Positions 48,858 to 59,990 of a stretch of DNA of 64,000 nt are shown piece by piece. Source of the DNA: an uncultured Hyphomicrobiales bacterium (lineage in GTDB: Bacteria > Pseudomonadota > Alphaproteobacteria > Rhizobiales > Xanthobacteraceae); NCBI GenBank assembly GCA_964575715.1, contig CAZNSG010000329.1, forward strand, positions 13,054 to 77,053. Reading direction: 5' to 3'. Made by a program: the position numbers and the translations under genes. The notes under the pieces were generated by a model. That model had not been told where the DNA came from, made no database searches, and saw only the letters and a list, made by a program, of their open reading frames with translations. Numbering within the stretch: the first letter of the stretch is position 1; the number at the start of each line of letters is the position of its first letter.

Positions 48858-50162
48858 ATGACCGACTTATCCCCCCGCGAAATCGTCTCAGAACTCGACC
48901 GGTTCATCATCGGTCAGAACGATGCCAAGCGCGCGGTGGCGATCGCACTGCGCAACCGCTGGCGGCGGCTGGCGCTCGACGAGAAGCTGCGCGAGGAGGT
49001 GCTGCCGAAGAACATCCTAATGATCGGCCCGACCGGGGTCGGCAAGACTGAAATCTCGCGGCGGCTGGCGCGGCTTGCGGGCGCGCCCTTCATCAAGGTC
49101 GAGGCGACCAAGTTCACTGAAGTGGGCTATGTCGGCCGCGATGTGGAGCAGATCGTGCGCGATCTGCTTGAAATCGCGATTGCACAGATCCGCGAAAGAA
49201 AGCGCAAGGATGTGCAGGCGCGCGCGGAACTCGCGGCCGAGGAGCGCGTGGTCGAGGCCCTGGTCGGCGCCAATGCCAGCGCGAGCACCAAGGATGCCTT
49301 CCGCAAGAAGCTGCGCGCGGGCGAGCTTGACGACAAGGAGATCGAAATCGAGGTGCAGGCTTCCGGCGGCGGCATGCCGCTGTTTGAAATCCCCGGCATG
49401 CCGGGCGCGCAGATGGGCGCGATCTCGATCGGCGATATTTTCGGCAAGCTCGGCGGGCGAAGCAAGACGCGCCGGGTGAGGGTGCACGAGTCGCATGAAA
49501 TCTTGATCAATGAGGAATCCGATAAATTGCTTGACCAGGAACAACTGGTGCAGGAAGCGATCAAATCGACGGAGAACAACGGCATCGTCTTCTTGGATGA
49601 AATCGACAAAATCACCGCACGTGACGGCCGCGTCGGCGGCGACGTGTCGCGCGAAGGCGTGCAGCGCGATCTGCTGCCGCTGATCGAGGGCACCACGGTT
49701 TCGACCAAGCATGGCTCGATCAAGACCGACCATATTCTGTTCATCGCGTCAGGCGCATTTCACATTTCCAAGCCGTCCGACCTGCTGCCGGAGCTGCAAG
49801 GGCGATTGCCAATCCGGGTTGAGCTCAATCCGCTGAGCCGTGACGATTTGCGGCGCATTCTCACCGAACCCGATGCCGCGCTGATCAAGCAATACATCGC
49901 GCTGATGGCGACCGAGGGGGTGACGCTTAGTTTCACCGAGGATGCCATCGACGCCATCGCCGATGTCGCGGTCTTGGTCAATTCCAGCATCGAGAACATC
50001 GGCGCGCGGCGCCTGCAGACGGTGATGGAGCGCGTGCTGGATGAAATTTCTTTTTCCGCCACCGACCGCGCGGGTGAGACGGTGAAGATCGATGCCGAAT
50101 ATGTACGCAAGAACGTGGGCGATCTCGCCAAGAATGCGGATTTGAGCCGGTTTATTCTCTAG
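48858..50162 (+). CDS. hslU: ATP-dependent protease ATPase subunit HslU
   Basis: [36 protein letters not shown]. Confidence 0.96.
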   Translation: MTDLSPREIVSELDRFIIGQNDAKRAVAIALRNRWRRLALDEKLREEVLPKNILMIGPTGVGKTEISRRLARLAGAPFIKVEATKFTEVGYVGRDVEQIVRDLLEIAIAQIRERKRKDVQARAELAAEERVVEALVGANASASTKDAFRKKLRAGELDDKEIEIEVQASGGGMPLFEIPGMPGAQMGAISIGDIFGKLGGRSKTRRVRVHESHEILINEESDKLLDQEQLVQEAIKSTENNGIVFLDEIDKITARDGRVGGDVSREGVQRDLLPLIEGTTVSTKHGSIKTDHILFIASGAFHISKPSDLLPELQGRLPIRVELNPLSRDDLRRILTEPDAALIKQYIALMATEGVTLSFTEDAIDAIADVAVLVNSSIENIGARRLQTVMERVLDEISFSATDRAGETVKIDAEYVRKNVGDLAKNADLSRFIL

Positions 50163-50554
50163 GTTTGCGATTGAGAGCGCGCACTCAGCAGATAGCACGC
50201 GAAGAGCACGACCCAAACGAAATCGATCGCGACGGCAATTCCCGCCTGGTGGCTGAGATAACGTCCACCGTGCGAAAGCACCAAGGCAACAAAGATCAGC
50301 TTGCTAGCACCGGCGATTATCAAGGCGAGAGGGCGAACCGCCGGGGTGAACGCGCCATAGATCAGCATCGCTCCCATCAGTGTAATCAGCACGCCCCAAT
50401 TTCGCACGACGATATGGGCAAGCGGGCTATCCAGCGTCTCCCCGAACATGGAGAGAAGCGCCGTTTGTGGCGCGATTGCCGCGTATACCATCGTGCAGGT
50501 CAGCGCGCCCGACACGAGCATGATCCATTTGATTTTAGCTGCGATGAAGTTCAT
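50159..50554 (-). CDS. Small 4-TM membrane protein, hypothetical
   Basis: Internal ATG 50554 of ORF 50159..50611. Four hydrophobic helices. Confidence 0.5.
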   Translation of the reverse strand: MNFIAAKIKWIMLVSGALTCTMVYAAIAPQTALLSMFGETLDSPLAHIVVRNWGVLITLMGAMLIYGAFTPAVRPLALIIAGASKLIFVALVLSHGGRYLSHQAGIAVAIDFVWVVLFACYLLSARSQSQT

Positions 50555-50647
50555 AGCGGTCCTTTGGCGATCCTTTGGCGGTCCTTTCGTGAGCGAGCGT
50601 ATGGCGCGCAAACGCCATGAATGAACATGAATGAAAATGTCGCAGGA

Positions 50648-51211
50648 TCACTTCGACTTGCGCAGACGCACATAAAGCGCGCCCTGCCCGCCGTGGCCAA
50701 CGTGCGCGTCCTCGAAGCCGACGACTAGGCTGCGGAACTCCGGGAGTTTTAGCCACATCGGCACTTGACGCTTGAGCACACCGCGCTCGCCATCGCCGCC
50801 ACGCGCGCCCTTGCCGGCGATGACAAGGACATTCTTGGCGCCTTTGGCTTGAGCGGCGCGCAGAAAGCGATGCAAGGCATCGTGCGCCTGCGCCTGGGTG
50901 CGCCCATGCAGGTCGAGCCGCCCGTCGATTTTGTCGGTTCCGCGCGCCAGGCGCTGCTTCATGCGGCGGGAGAGCGGCGCGAGCGCAGGCGTCGGCGCGG
51001 GCTTCACTGCGGGTTTCACCGGCAAAGTTGCAACGGCAACGGACCGGGCTTTGACCGCAGCTTTACGTGGCGCGCGATCGATGGCCGCAGATGCGGGCTT
51101 AGATTCTTTTTGCGGTTCTTTTTGAGGCCGCAGCGGCGCAATCGAACGGGTAATACCCGTCCACAATTCGCGTTCATCGTCTCGGAGCCGCCGGTCCGGC
51201 CCGCCGCTCAT
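50648..51211 (-). CDS. Smr-domain (MutS2 C-terminal-like) protein
   Basis: LDLHGRTQAQAHDAL...VIAGKG...GVLKRQVPMWL. Confidence 0.8.
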   Translation of the reverse strand: MSGGPDRRLRDDERELWTGITRSIAPLRPQKEPQKESKPASAAIDRAPRKAAVKARSVAVATLPVKPAVKPAPTPALAPLSRRMKQRLARGTDKIDGRLDLHGRTQAQAHDALHRFLRAAQAKGAKNVLVIAGKGARGGDGERGVLKRQVPMWLKLPEFRSLVVGFEDAHVGHGGQGALYVRLRKSK

Positions 51212-52584
51212 GGCGCGGACTCAGGCTTAGTCTCGGGTTTGGGCCCGGCGCCGGATTGCTGCTTTTGCTCGGCAGCGGGTTTCTCGGAGAATTTATCCGG
51301 CTTGTCCTCGATTTTGTTTTCGATCTTGGCAAACACTGGCCGTGGGCGTGGCAAGGGTGTACGCGCGCCGGCTGTAATGGGATCGATGTCGCGTGGGATC
51401 AGCATGGTGAATTCGCCCGGATGACGAATTCGCCCCGCGACGCTCGCCGCCAGATCGCCCGCGCCGAAATAGAGGTCGGCGCGGGCCGGACCGAGGATGG
51501 CGCCGCCGGTGTCCTGCGCCACCATCAGACGGCGGAATTTGGTCCCGGGTTTTTCGCTTGCGATCGGCAGGTCCGCATCGATGAAAAACGGCGTGCCGTA
51601 GACGTGGAGGAACCGATCGACCGCGATCGAGCGGCCGGGCGTGAGCGATACGCCCTGCGCGCCGGCCGGCTCTTCGTGATCGGCAAGACCGGTCTCGCGA
51701 AAGAATACGAACGACTTGTTGCGGCGGCGCAACTCCTTGCCCTCGGCCGGATTGGCCTGCATCCACTCACGAATGCGGTCCATCGACATCTCGTCTTTCG
51801 GCACGATATTGCGTTCAATGAGGACGCGGCCGATCGGGGTATAGGGCCAGCCGTTCTGGCTATCGTAGTTGAGGCGCATGATCGAGCCATCCGGCAGCTT
51901 TATCCGCGCCGAACCCTGGATCTGGGCAAAGAACAAATCGGTCGGGTCCTTGACCCAGGCGATTTCAAGCTGCCGGCCAGCGAGCGCGCCTTCTTCAATC
52001 GCGGTTCGGTCGTAGAAAAAGCCCGTTTCACGGCGGGCAAATTTGCGCCAACCCGACGCGCCGAGTGATGCGCTTGCCACCTTCCGGCGCGGCGTGCGCA
52101 GGGCGAGATTGGGCGGCGTGCGATAGACCGGCACGTTGAATTCGGCGCTGGCCACCCGCGAGCCCAGAACGATTGGTTCGTAATAGCCGGTGAGAAATCC
52201 CTTGCTCTCGCCGAGCGGGGCGATGCGCATCGGACGGAAATTCCGCTCGAAGAAGGCGCGCGCCATTTCCTTGTTGTGCGGGTGCGCGGCGAGCGCGCGG
52301 CGGCAAGCTGCTTGCAACGCGGCATAGAGCGCGCTCCCCTCGCGACCGGGAGGCGTGCCGCGAATCATTACCTTGCAACTGTTGAGAAAGGTGGAAAAGG
52401 AAGCAGCGTGGTCGTCCGTTGCCCAGCCGCCGATCTCGGACCACTCCACCGTTTCGAGCTGCGCGTTCGAAATCTGTATCGGCCCGTGCTCGGCTACCGA
52501 CACCGCCGTGCCGGCAAACAAGCTCATCGCGGCTCCCGCGATCCGCCAGCAGCTAGCGTGAAAAGGCCATCGCAATCCGTTCAT
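51208..52584 (-). CDS. mltA: Membrane-bound lytic murein transglycosylase A
   Basis: ATG 52584 forms an ATGA overlap with the Tim44-like stop. MltA and 3D-domain motifs (GYYEP, AQDTGGAI.G..RADLYFG). Confidence 0.8.
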   Translation of the reverse strand: MNGLRWPFHASCWRIAGAAMSLFAGTAVSVAEHGPIQISNAQLETVEWSEIGGWATDDHAASFSTFLNSCKVMIRGTPPGREGSALYAALQAACRRALAAHPHNKEMARAFFERNFRPMRIAPLGESKGFLTGYYEPIVLGSRVASAEFNVPVYRTPPNLALRTPRRKVASASLGASGWRKFARRETGFFYDRTAIEEGALAGRQLEIAWVKDPTDLFFAQIQGSARIKLPDGSIMRLNYDSQNGWPYTPIGRVLIERNIVPKDEMSMDRIREWMQANPAEGKELRRRNKSFVFFRETGLADHEEPAGAQGVSLTPGRSIAVDRFLHVYGTPFFIDADLPIASEKPGTKFRRLMVAQDTGGAILGPARADLYFGAGDLAASVAGRIRHPGEFTMLIPRDIDPITAGARTPLPRPRPVFAKIENKIEDKPDKFSEKPAAEQKQQSGAGPKPETKPESAP

Positions 52585-53297
52585 TGTCCGGCTTCGGTGG
52601 CGATCAGTTTCCAATTGGGATCGTTTGCGGCGATATCGCGCGCGAATGTCCACACGTCGGTGACGTCGCTGACCTTGTCGGGGCTGCCGTCGATGATGGC
52701 GCGCGATCGATCGCGCGTAACGGTGATGAGCTGCGATACAAACCGGATCGTAATCTGTGCAGCGCGCGCGCGCATTTCGGCACCGATGATATCGGCGGCC
52801 GAAATCGCCACGAAACGGGTCTCGACGGTTTCACCGCGCGTCTCGCGCTCACGAATCGCGGTCTCGAAGCCTTCGTAGACTTCGCGCGAAAGCAGATTCT
52901 TGAGCGTACGGCGATCGCCGTTGGCATAGGCACTGACGATCATCTCGTAGGCGGCGCGGGCGCCGGCAATGAAATGCTTGGGGTCGAAGTCCTTGTCCTC
53001 GCGCTCGATGGTATCGAAACCGGCGGCGAGCGCGGAGCCTTGCTCGGCGATGCCTTTCCAACGATCCACGGGCTCGGCCGGTTCTTCGGATTTCTGCGCC
53101 GTATCCGGCGCGCGGCCAGGCAAGGCGACGACTTTGTCAGTGGTGGCGGTGCGCGCCGAATCACGCGCGGAAAAAGGATCGTAGGGCGGCCGTTCGCGGC
53201 CGGTGCGCTGGCCAAGAACGCTGCGCAGCCGGAGGAAAATGAACACCGCCAAGGCCAAAAAGATAATGGTATAAATATCGAACATAACGTTTCGCAT
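52581..53297 (-). CDS. Tim44-like domain membrane protein
   Basis: N-terminal TM helix and a C-terminal Tim44-like domain (WTFARD...DPNWKL). Confidence 0.8.
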   Translation of the reverse strand: MRNVMFDIYTIIFLALAVFIFLRLRSVLGQRTGRERPPYDPFSARDSARTATTDKVVALPGRAPDTAQKSEEPAEPVDRWKGIAEQGSALAAGFDTIEREDKDFDPKHFIAGARAAYEMIVSAYANGDRRTLKNLLSREVYEGFETAIRERETRGETVETRFVAISAADIIGAEMRARAAQITIRFVSQLITVTRDRSRAIIDGSPDKVSDVTDVWTFARDIAANDPNWKLIATEAGQ

Positions 53298-53489
53298 GCT
53301 CCCGACAGCCGAGACGGGACAGGCACTTCGCGGTCTTTACATCCGCGATACTGAAGGCCGGTTCCGCTTTAATGGTTCCGCTCTAATAATGTAAGCATAC
53401 GACTTTGGCCAACCGGAGGCGCGTCGGAGGACCTGTCGTACCGCGGGGCAACCATAAACGATCCCTACCGCTACGCCAACCTCGCTGCT

Positions 53490-53975
53490 ATGGGAATGAC
53501 TGCCATGGTAAAATGGATTTTTATTGGGCTTCTGGCTGTACCCATTGCAGAAATCGCCGTTTTCATCCTTCTTGTCGCCAATATTGGGCTTGCCTGGACG
53601 CTAGGGTTGATGCTGGCAACGACAGCGGCCGGGCTCCTTGTGCTGCGTTGGGCCGGCCAGGGACGGATAGCCCTTTTCCGCAGCGTCTCCGATGGCGGGA
53701 TGCGCGGGATCGAGGCCGGAATTGAAGCCAATCCCAATGGGTTCCTGGTTATTCTGGGCGGAATTCTGCTGGTGCTGCCAGGATTCATCACCGATGCGAT
53801 TGGAGCACTCCTGCTGCTGGTTCCGATCCGGCATTGCTGTGAATGGGCCTTTCGCCGCATGGCTGCTCCGCACGGAAGGAGCAAGGATCCGGTGGTCGAT
53901 CTGAATGCCGGCGAGTGGCATGAGCTGCCGGACCGAGAACTCGATAACCGGCACGGTAATTCCGGCAGGCAGTGA
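53490..53975 (+). CDS. fxsA: FxsA-family (UPF0716) membrane protein
   Basis: LLAVPIAEIAVFILLVANIG, VLPGFITDAIGALLL. Confidence 0.75.
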   Translation: MGMTAMVKWIFIGLLAVPIAEIAVFILLVANIGLAWTLGLMLATTAAGLLVLRWAGQGRIALFRSVSDGGMRGIEAGIEANPNGFLVILGGILLVLPGFITDAIGALLLLVPIRHCCEWAFRRMAAPHGRSKDPVVDLNAGEWHELPDRELDNRHGNSGRQ

Positions 53976-54038
53976 GCTGTTCTTGTCCAGCCGGTGGCGC
54001 TGTGTTAGCCAAAACGCCGATTATGAGCGGCGCGCAAC

Positions 54039-54572
54039 ATGTCGCCGGAGGATCGTATGAGCATCACCAATGGCGGCCAAGGCGACGGACAGGCTGCAAA
54101 TCCCGCGCAGAATCAGGCGCAAAATCCCTTGCCGCAGCTCCATGTGCTGGCCCAATACATCAAGGATTTCTCCTTCGAAAATCCCAATGCGCCGCGCTCG
54201 CTCAGTCCCGGCCAACAGCCGTCCGTCACTCTTAATATCAACGTCAACGCCAATGCGCTGCCCTCAAACGATGTCGAGGTGGAGCTCAAACTTGAAGGCA
54301 AAGCGGAAGCCGCAGGTACCGTCATGTTCAGCTTCGATCTTGCGTTCGCCGGGATATTCCGCATTCAAAATGTCCCGCAAGATAGTATGCATCCGCTGGT
54401 CATGATTGAGTGTCCGCGGCTCTTGTTCCCGTTCGCGCGTGAAATTGTCGCATCGGTGGTGCGCAGTGGCGGGTTCCCGCAGTTTCTGATCGAACCGATC
54501 GATTTTGTCGCGCTCTATCGCCAGCGAACGGCGGCGCAGATGCCGCCGCAGCCAGCTGCTCCGGCAACGTAA
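54039..54572 (+). CDS. secB: Protein-export chaperone SecB
   Basis: [31 protein letters not shown]. The start may be ATG 54057. Confidence 0.9.
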   Translation: MSPEDRMSITNGGQGDGQAANPAQNQAQNPLPQLHVLAQYIKDFSFENPNAPRSLSPGQQPSVTLNINVNANALPSNDVEVELKLEGKAEAAGTVMFSFDLAFAGIFRIQNVPQDSMHPLVMIECPRLLFPFAREIVASVVRSGGFPQFLIEPIDFVALYRQRTAAQMPPQPAAPAT

Positions 54573-54581
54573 TTGCTTTTT

Positions 54582-55304
54582 TCAGGTCTCGGTGGTTTTG
54601 TTGGCTGAAGGCGCAGATAAATAATCCCGCCACAATACGTTCGGCCCCAGCCTTGCCACGAAGTCACGGTGCAGCGCGCGCTCGGCCGAAGTGATGCGCG
54701 GCGCCAGCGGCTGAGGACGATCGCGCTGGGTCGCGCTTTGACCGCGCGCTTCCACGACATTGTGGGCCGCTTCGGCCAACCCGAGCAGCGCCTGGCGCGC
54801 GCCAATCAATTCCAGATAGACTTCGGCGAGCAGCTCGGCGTCGAGCAGAGCGCCATGCTTTTTTCTGCGCCTGTCGTCAATCTTGTAGCGCGCACAAAGA
54901 TCTTCGAGCCGGTTCGCGCTGCCCGGGTGCTTGCGGCGAGCCAGCATCAGAGTGTCGATGAGGCGATCGCGGGCAAGCGTTGGGCGCGCTGCGCGTTCCA
55001 ATTCGGCGTTGAGAAAGCCAAGGTCGAAGAGCGCGTTGTGCGCGACCAGCGGATCGTCGGCAAGAAACACGAGCAAGTCGTCGACCACGACCAAAAATGA
55101 AGGTTTATCGTTGAGAAATTCGGCGCTCAGCCCATGCACCGCGAATGCCTCCGGTGGAATATCGCGTTCCGGATTAAGATAGCGATGGAAGGTGTTGCCG
55201 GTGGGTATTCGATTGACCAGTTCGATGCAGCCAATCTCGATCATGCGGTGTCCCTGCGCCGGATCGAGGCCGGTCGTCTCGGTATCGAACACGATTTCCC
55301 GCAT
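54582..55304 (-). CDS. dnaQ: DNA polymerase III epsilon (3'-5' exonuclease) subunit
   Basis: MREIVFDTETTGL, AHNALFD, HGALLDAELLAEVY. Confidence 0.93.
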   Translation of the reverse strand: MREIVFDTETTGLDPAQGHRMIEIGCIELVNRIPTGNTFHRYLNPERDIPPEAFAVHGLSAEFLNDKPSFLVVVDDLLVFLADDPLVAHNALFDLGFLNAELERAARPTLARDRLIDTLMLARRKHPGSANRLEDLCARYKIDDRRRKKHGALLDAELLAEVYLELIGARQALLGLAEAAHNVVEARGQSATQRDRPQPLAPRITSAERALHRDFVARLGPNVLWRDYLSAPSANKTTET

Positions 55305-55329
55305 CTATTTTAAAATCCCTAATCGCGAA

Positions 55330-55926
55330 TCATTGCTGCCGCATAGGCATATTCGCAATGGCGGCAAGAATGTCATGCACCTGGGCGCGGGCGGATTCAA
55401 TGCCGCGCGACGTATCCACCACAAAATCCGCCCGGCGGCGCTTTTCGGCGTCGGGCAACTGCCGGGCCAGTAGCGCTTCGAACTGGGCCTTCGCTATGCC
55501 GCGTTCAAGCACACGCGCGCGCTGCACGTCCGGCGGTGCCGTGACAACGACCACCGCGTCGACGCGCCGATCGCCACCGGTCTCGAATAAGAGCGGAATG
55601 TCGAGAATGGCGAACTTGGCACCCGCCTTTCCGGCCTGTTCGAGAAAACTGGCTTCAGCCTGGCGCACCAGCGGATGCACGATCGCCTCAAGCCGCCGCA
55701 ATGCCTCGGGGTTGCCCACAATGCACCGGCCGAGTGCCGCACGATCAACCTTGTGGTCCTTCGTCGTGCCGGGAAATGCCGCTTCGATCGCCGCCACCGC
55801 CTCGCCCTCGTAGAGTCGATGTACACACGCGTCGGCGTCGTGCACCGGCACGCCGGCATTGGCAAACAGTTTTGCCGTTGTGGTCTTGCCCATTCCAATC
55901 GAGCCGGTCAGGCCGAGCACGAACAT
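55330..55926 (-). CDS. coaE: Dephospho-CoA kinase
   Basis: ATG 55926 gives [16 protein letters not shown]. Confidence 0.9.
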   Translation of the reverse strand: MFVLGLTGSIGMGKTTTAKLFANAGVPVHDADACVHRLYEGEAVAAIEAAFPGTTKDHKVDRAALGRCIVGNPEALRRLEAIVHPLVRQAEASFLEQAGKAGAKFAILDIPLLFETGGDRRVDAVVVVTAPPDVQRARVLERGIAKAQFEALLARQLPDAEKRRRADFVVDTSRGIESARAQVHDILAAIANMPMRQQ

Positions 55927-55951
55927 GGATGCCTCTTGGATCCTTGTTGCA

Positions 55952-56572
55952 TCATCTTGCGAGCATTCCATGCTGGCGCAGCCAATGCAGCAACGGCAAC
56001 AGCGGCAGGCCAAGAATGGTGGAATAATCACCTTCAATCTTATCAAACAACTGGATGCCGACGCCTTCGAATTGATAACCGCCAACGCTCGTCAAGGCCG
56101 CGTTGCCAACGGCATGAAGGTAGCTATCGAGAAACGCGTCGGAGAAGTCGCACATGGTCAAGCTTGCGGAGTCGACATGCTCGAACAGAAGCTTGCCGTC
56201 CTGCGCCAGCGCTATGGCGGAATGCAGCATGTGGGTCTTGCCGCGCAGCGCTTCAAGCTGTGCGCGCGCGCCGGCGCGATCAACGGACTTGGAGAAGCGC
56301 CGCTCGCCCAGCGCGAGTGTCTGGTCGGCGCCGAGTACGATGCGTGAGGGATTGTCGACTGCGACCGCGCGCGCCTTTTCACGGGCAAGCAGCAACGCGG
56401 CAGCGCTTGATCCGATCGCGCCGGCCTTTGCCTCGATCGCGCGCTCGTCGATGGAGGCAGGCTGTACCGTGACTTCCACACCCGCAGCCTCCAGCAGCTT
56501 ACGGCGTATGGTGCTTTTGGACGCAAGCAGCAACGGATGGGGCGGAAGCCAGAGCGGCATGATCATGTTCAT
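55952..56572 (-). CDS. maf: Maf-like nucleoside triphosphate pyrophosphatase
   Basis: [24 protein letters not shown].....G..G.Y. Confidence 0.85.
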   Translation of the reverse strand: MNMIMPLWLPPHPLLLASKSTIRRKLLEAAGVEVTVQPASIDERAIEAKAGAIGSSAAALLLAREKARAVAVDNPSRIVLGADQTLALGERRFSKSVDRAGARAQLEALRGKTHMLHSAIALAQDGKLLFEHVDSASLTMCDFSDAFLDSYLHAVGNAALTSVGGYQFEGVGIQLFDKIEGDYSTILGLPLLPLLHWLRQHGMLAR

Positions 56573-57408
56573 GTCGCCGGCATGCGACGGCGATCAGCGA
56601 GCAGCGTTATTACCGCGGCGGCGGTCTCCTCAATGGAGCGGCGCGTGACGTCGATGCTTGGCCAATTGTGCTTGGCGAACAACTTGCGCGAGAAGGCCAC
56701 CTCCGCGGCGACCGCATGCTTGTCGATGTACTGGTCGGCGTCGTGCTCGGCTTTGAGCCCCAACAGCCGGTTCTGGCGAATCTGCACAATACGCTCGGGG
56801 CTAGCGTAGAGCCCGACCACCAGCGGCTGGGAGAGCTGTTCGAGCGGCACCGGCAGCGCCATGCTGGGTACCAGCGGAACGTTTGCGGTCTTCACGCCGC
56901 GGTTGGCCAGATATATCGAGGTCGGCGTTTTCGAGGTGCGCGAAACACCGATCAACACCACATCGGCTTCCTCCAAGCCATCGGTATGCTGACCATCGTC
57001 ATGCAACATGGTGAAGTTGAGGGCGTCGATGCGCTTGAAATATTCCGCATTGAGTGTGTGCTGAGCACCAACACGCGGTTTGGTTTCGCCGCCGAGGTAG
57101 GATTGGAACAATTGCAGCACCGGCCCGAGAATCGAGAGATACGGAAGCCCGAGAGAGCGGCATTTGTTCTCGAGTCGTTTGGCCAGTTCGTGGTCGAGCA
57201 GCGTGTAGAGTACGATTCCGGGATATTCCTCGATGGCTGAAAGAACGCGATCAAGCTGCTTATGCGTGCGCACCAGGGGGTGCATATGTTCGACCGGAGA
57301 CATGCCAGCATATTGAGCCGCAGCTGCACGGCCAACCGTGATGAGTGTCTCCCCGGTTGCGTCCGAGACAAGATGAAGATGGAAATAGCTCTCGCTGCGC
57401 GCCGTCAT
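56569..57408 (-). CDS. DUF299 kinase/pyrophosphorylase (pyruvate, phosphate dikinase / PEP synthase regulatory protein family)
   Basis: ATG 57408 gives [23 protein letters not shown]-loop [11 protein letters not shown]. Confidence 0.85.
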   Translation of the reverse strand: MTARSESYFHLHLVSDATGETLITVGRAAAAQYAGMSPVEHMHPLVRTHKQLDRVLSAIEEYPGIVLYTLLDHELAKRLENKCRSLGLPYLSILGPVLQLFQSYLGGETKPRVGAQHTLNAEYFKRIDALNFTMLHDDGQHTDGLEEADVVLIGVSRTSKTPTSIYLANRGVKTANVPLVPSMALPVPLEQLSQPLVVGLYASPERIVQIRQNRLLGLKAEHDADQYIDKHAVAAEVAFSRKLFAKHNWPSIDVTRRSIEETAAAVITLLADRRRMPAT

Positions 57409-57759
57409 CGGTTTGGGCAGTATAAACTGTGGATCAGTGGGGAGGAGGCCATGCCTTTGCGGTGAGCGCAAGCGCTGAAGGTTAATAAGGTGATTTCATG
57501 TCCACATGAGTGTCGGTGGGAGACTGAGGCGCGTAAGTGGAATGCACAGAGGGAAGTCTGAAATTTTGATATGACAAAGATTCTTTACAAGGCTCTTAAC
57601 CCTTGAAATATCGGTGTAATATGTGGTCAACCGATGTGTAGATACAAGACTTGTAATTGTGGGGAAAAGCCCGAGTATTGTGGATGCGATGTGAAGTCAC
57701 AAGCATGAGTCCTATGCCTGCATCAAAACACTACAATAAAAGAGTCTAGATATATTTTA
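57409..57759. other. Candidate chromosomal replication origin (oriC/Cori-type) between the DUF299 gene and hemE
   Basis: A/T-rich spacer with one perfect and four 7/9 DnaA-box-like motifs and three GANTC sites. The flanking genes match the conserved alphaproteobacterial origin context. Confidence 0.6.
57428..57436 (-). promoter_or_regulatory. DnaA box TGATCCACA (8/9 to TTATCCACA; identical to the Caulobacter G-box sequence)
   Basis: The plus strand reads tgtggatca. Confidence 0.6.
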
Positions 57760-58815
57760 TTGAAGAAGAGCGTCTTGACGGGAATCTCAATCCAGCAGCC
57801 GTTTTTGAACGTTCTCGATGGTGTTCATCAGGCCAGACCACCGGTTTGGCTGATGCGCCAGGCGGGGCGCTATCTGCCCGAATATCGCGAAATTCGCGCA
57901 AGCATGAAAAGCGTGCTCGAGCTTTGTTTTTCGCCAAAACTTGCGGCCGAAGTGACGCTGCAACCGGTGCGGCGCTTTGGCTTTGATGCGGCGATCTTGT
58001 TTTCGGACATTTTGGTGATTCCGCATGCGCTGGGCCGGAGCGTGAAATTCGTAAGTGGCGAAGGTCCGCGGCTTGAACCGATTGGCGAGCCCAGTGTAGT
58101 CGCGAAAATGCGCGGCAAGCTGGATCAGAATATGCTTGCGCCGATCTACGAGACGATCCGGATTGTCAAACAGCAACTGCCGTCGCACGTGGGCTTTCTT
58201 GGTTTTTGTGGCGCGCCATGGACGGTTGCCACCTACATGATTGCGGGCGAAGGCACGCCCGACCAGGCGCCGGCGCGGCTGTTTGCGTATCGCCATGCGG
58301 AAGCCTTCGGGCGGCTGATCGATATTTTGGTCGAGGCCTCGGTGGACTATCTGGTCGCTCAATTCAAAGCCGGTGTCGATGCGGTGCAGATCTTCGATAC
58401 GTGGGCCGGCGTGCTGCCGCCGGCGGAATTCGAGCGCTGGTGTATTGCGCCCACGCAGCGGATCGTCAGCGCATTGCGGCGCGAAGTGCCGGCTGCGCGG
58501 GTGATCGGATTTCCGCGTGGTGCGGGAACGATGCTTGAAAAATACGTCGACGCCTTGGCTCTCAACGCGGTCGGCCTCGATTGGATGATCGACCGTGCGG
58601 TTGCGCGCGAGCGCATCCAGAGTCGCGTGGCGGTACAGGGCAATCTCGATCCGCTGGTGCTCCTGGCAGGAGGCGCGGCGCTCGATCGTGAGGTCGACAA
58701 TGTGCTTGAGGCCTTCGCGGGCGGGCCGTTCGTGTTCAATCTGGGCCACGGCATCCTGCCGCAGACGCCGGTCGAACACGTGGAGCGGATGCTTAAGCGT
58801 GTGCGCCGTTCCTGA
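57760..58815 (+). CDS. hemE: Uroporphyrinogen decarboxylase
   Basis: [31 protein letters not shown] start at 57760. Confidence 0.93.
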   Translation: MKKSVLTGISIQQPFLNVLDGVHQARPPVWLMRQAGRYLPEYREIRASMKSVLELCFSPKLAAEVTLQPVRRFGFDAAILFSDILVIPHALGRSVKFVSGEGPRLEPIGEPSVVAKMRGKLDQNMLAPIYETIRIVKQQLPSHVGFLGFCGAPWTVATYMIAGEGTPDQAPARLFAYRHAEAFGRLIDILVEASVDYLVAQFKAGVDAVQIFDTWAGVLPPAEFERWCIAPTQRIVSALRREVPAARVIGFPRGAGTMLEKYVDALALNAVGLDWMIDRAVARERIQSRVAVQGNLDPLVLLAGGAALDREVDNVLEAFAGGPFVFNLGHGILPQTPVEHVERMLKRVRRS

Positions 58816-59727
58816 TTATTGCTGAGCCCCCATGGGAATAAAGGGAAATAAGAATGGCATGGCGGCTGGGGCGGCACGCTGATCATGCGGACGGCGCGCA
58901 ATGCGCTGCTGGGGTTTTCGTGACCCCTGCGCCTGACAATAATTCTCGACGGCGGTTGTGACGGCCGATGCGATGAGAGATTGATGCTCTGGATTTGCCA
59001 TGAGCAGTTCTTCGTCGCGATTGATGATGGAGCCGGCCTCAAAAAGTACAGCGGGCATGTTGGTCAACATCAGCACCGCCAGATTGTCGAACCGGTAGAC
59101 ACCGGCCTCGGCGTCGACCAATTGGCGCTGTCGACGGCCCATGAACTTTTCGACGTAATGCGGGGTGTACTGCAGTTTTTTTGATTTGAGCTGAAGGCCG
59201 AGCATCCGGGCGAACGACAGGCTGGTCTTGTATTCGTTGTTGTCGTTCGAGACAAAAATGGAATGACCTCTGAACCGGTCGCAATAGCGGAGGTTACGGC
59301 CCTCGTAGACCCATTTTTCCAAGAATGAATCCGGCACGGCGTCGTGGTGGATCGACAGAAACAAGTCGCCCGGCGTGCGCTGGGCATAATTGATGCGCTG
59401 AACCAGGCCGGCCATAGCCTTGCCGGGTGTGATCAGCAGAGTGGTTTTGGAGAATCCGGCCTCCAGCAATTTTTTCTCGATGACTTGGGCGAGGCTTAAA
59501 TTGAATGTGTATTCGCCAACGCCGCGAGCGCTCAAGGCGCCGGGTATCTCGGCCGAGTGGCCAACGTCAAGGATCACGCGGAATTGCTCGCGGTCGCAGC
59601 TTGCGACGGGCGGTTTATTTTGCGCGAGTTTCGACGATTCGCCGCGCGCGGTCTGCAAGGCGCCGAACGCAAACAGCAGCGAAACAGTGAGGAGCGAAGC
59701 CGCGCCCGCGTGCCAAGAGTGATTCAT
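58816..59727 (-). CDS. N-acetylmuramoyl-L-alanine amidase (Amidase_3 family), exported
   Basis: Signal peptide. VILDVGHSAEIPGA, DLFLSIHHDA, LFEAGSIIN. Confidence 0.8.
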   Translation of the reverse strand: MNHSWHAGAASLLTVSLLFAFGALQTARGESSKLAQNKPPVASCDREQFRVILDVGHSAEIPGALSARGVGEYTFNLSLAQVIEKKLLEAGFSKTTLLITPGKAMAGLVQRINYAQRTPGDLFLSIHHDAVPDSFLEKWVYEGRNLRYCDRFRGHSIFVSNDNNEYKTSLSFARMLGLQLKSKKLQYTPHYVEKFMGRRQRQLVDAEAGVYRFDNLAVLMLTNMPAVLFEAGSIINRDEELLMANPEHQSLIASAVTTAVENYCQAQGSRKPQQRIARRPHDQRAAPAAMPFLFPFIPMGAQQ

Positions 59728-59990
59728 TGAATGCGCCCCGATCGAATGACGACGGTCTCGATGCCTTCGGCCCCAACCATCAGACTACCGAACAATAGCG
59801 CTGATCGCCAGCAGAAATGGATAATCATGCAGCGAAGGTATACGGGAGCATTCACCATGCCGGTTTCGGTGCAATGACGAATTCTTTTGCTGGTACAAGG
59901 GCCTGCCCTGCTCTAGGTTTGACCGATCCGGTCAGGTTTAGGCTATCCGCCGCAGAGATCAGAAAACAACTGATACGCGTGTAGGTTCGC

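Noticed and set aside
50159-50162. Convergent genes sharing overlapping stop codons in a CTAG palindrome (hslU and the small membrane protein). hemE and the amidase gene also abut with no intergenic gap (58813-58818).
   Set aside because: These are real features of the sequence, but such tight convergent packing is common in compact bacterial genomes and implies no specific function.
57409-57759. CtrA-binding sites (TTAA-N7-TTAA) in the candidate origin
   Set aside because: Only isolated TTAA half-sites are present (for example 57482 and 57597), with no properly spaced partner. I therefore make no CtrA-control claim.
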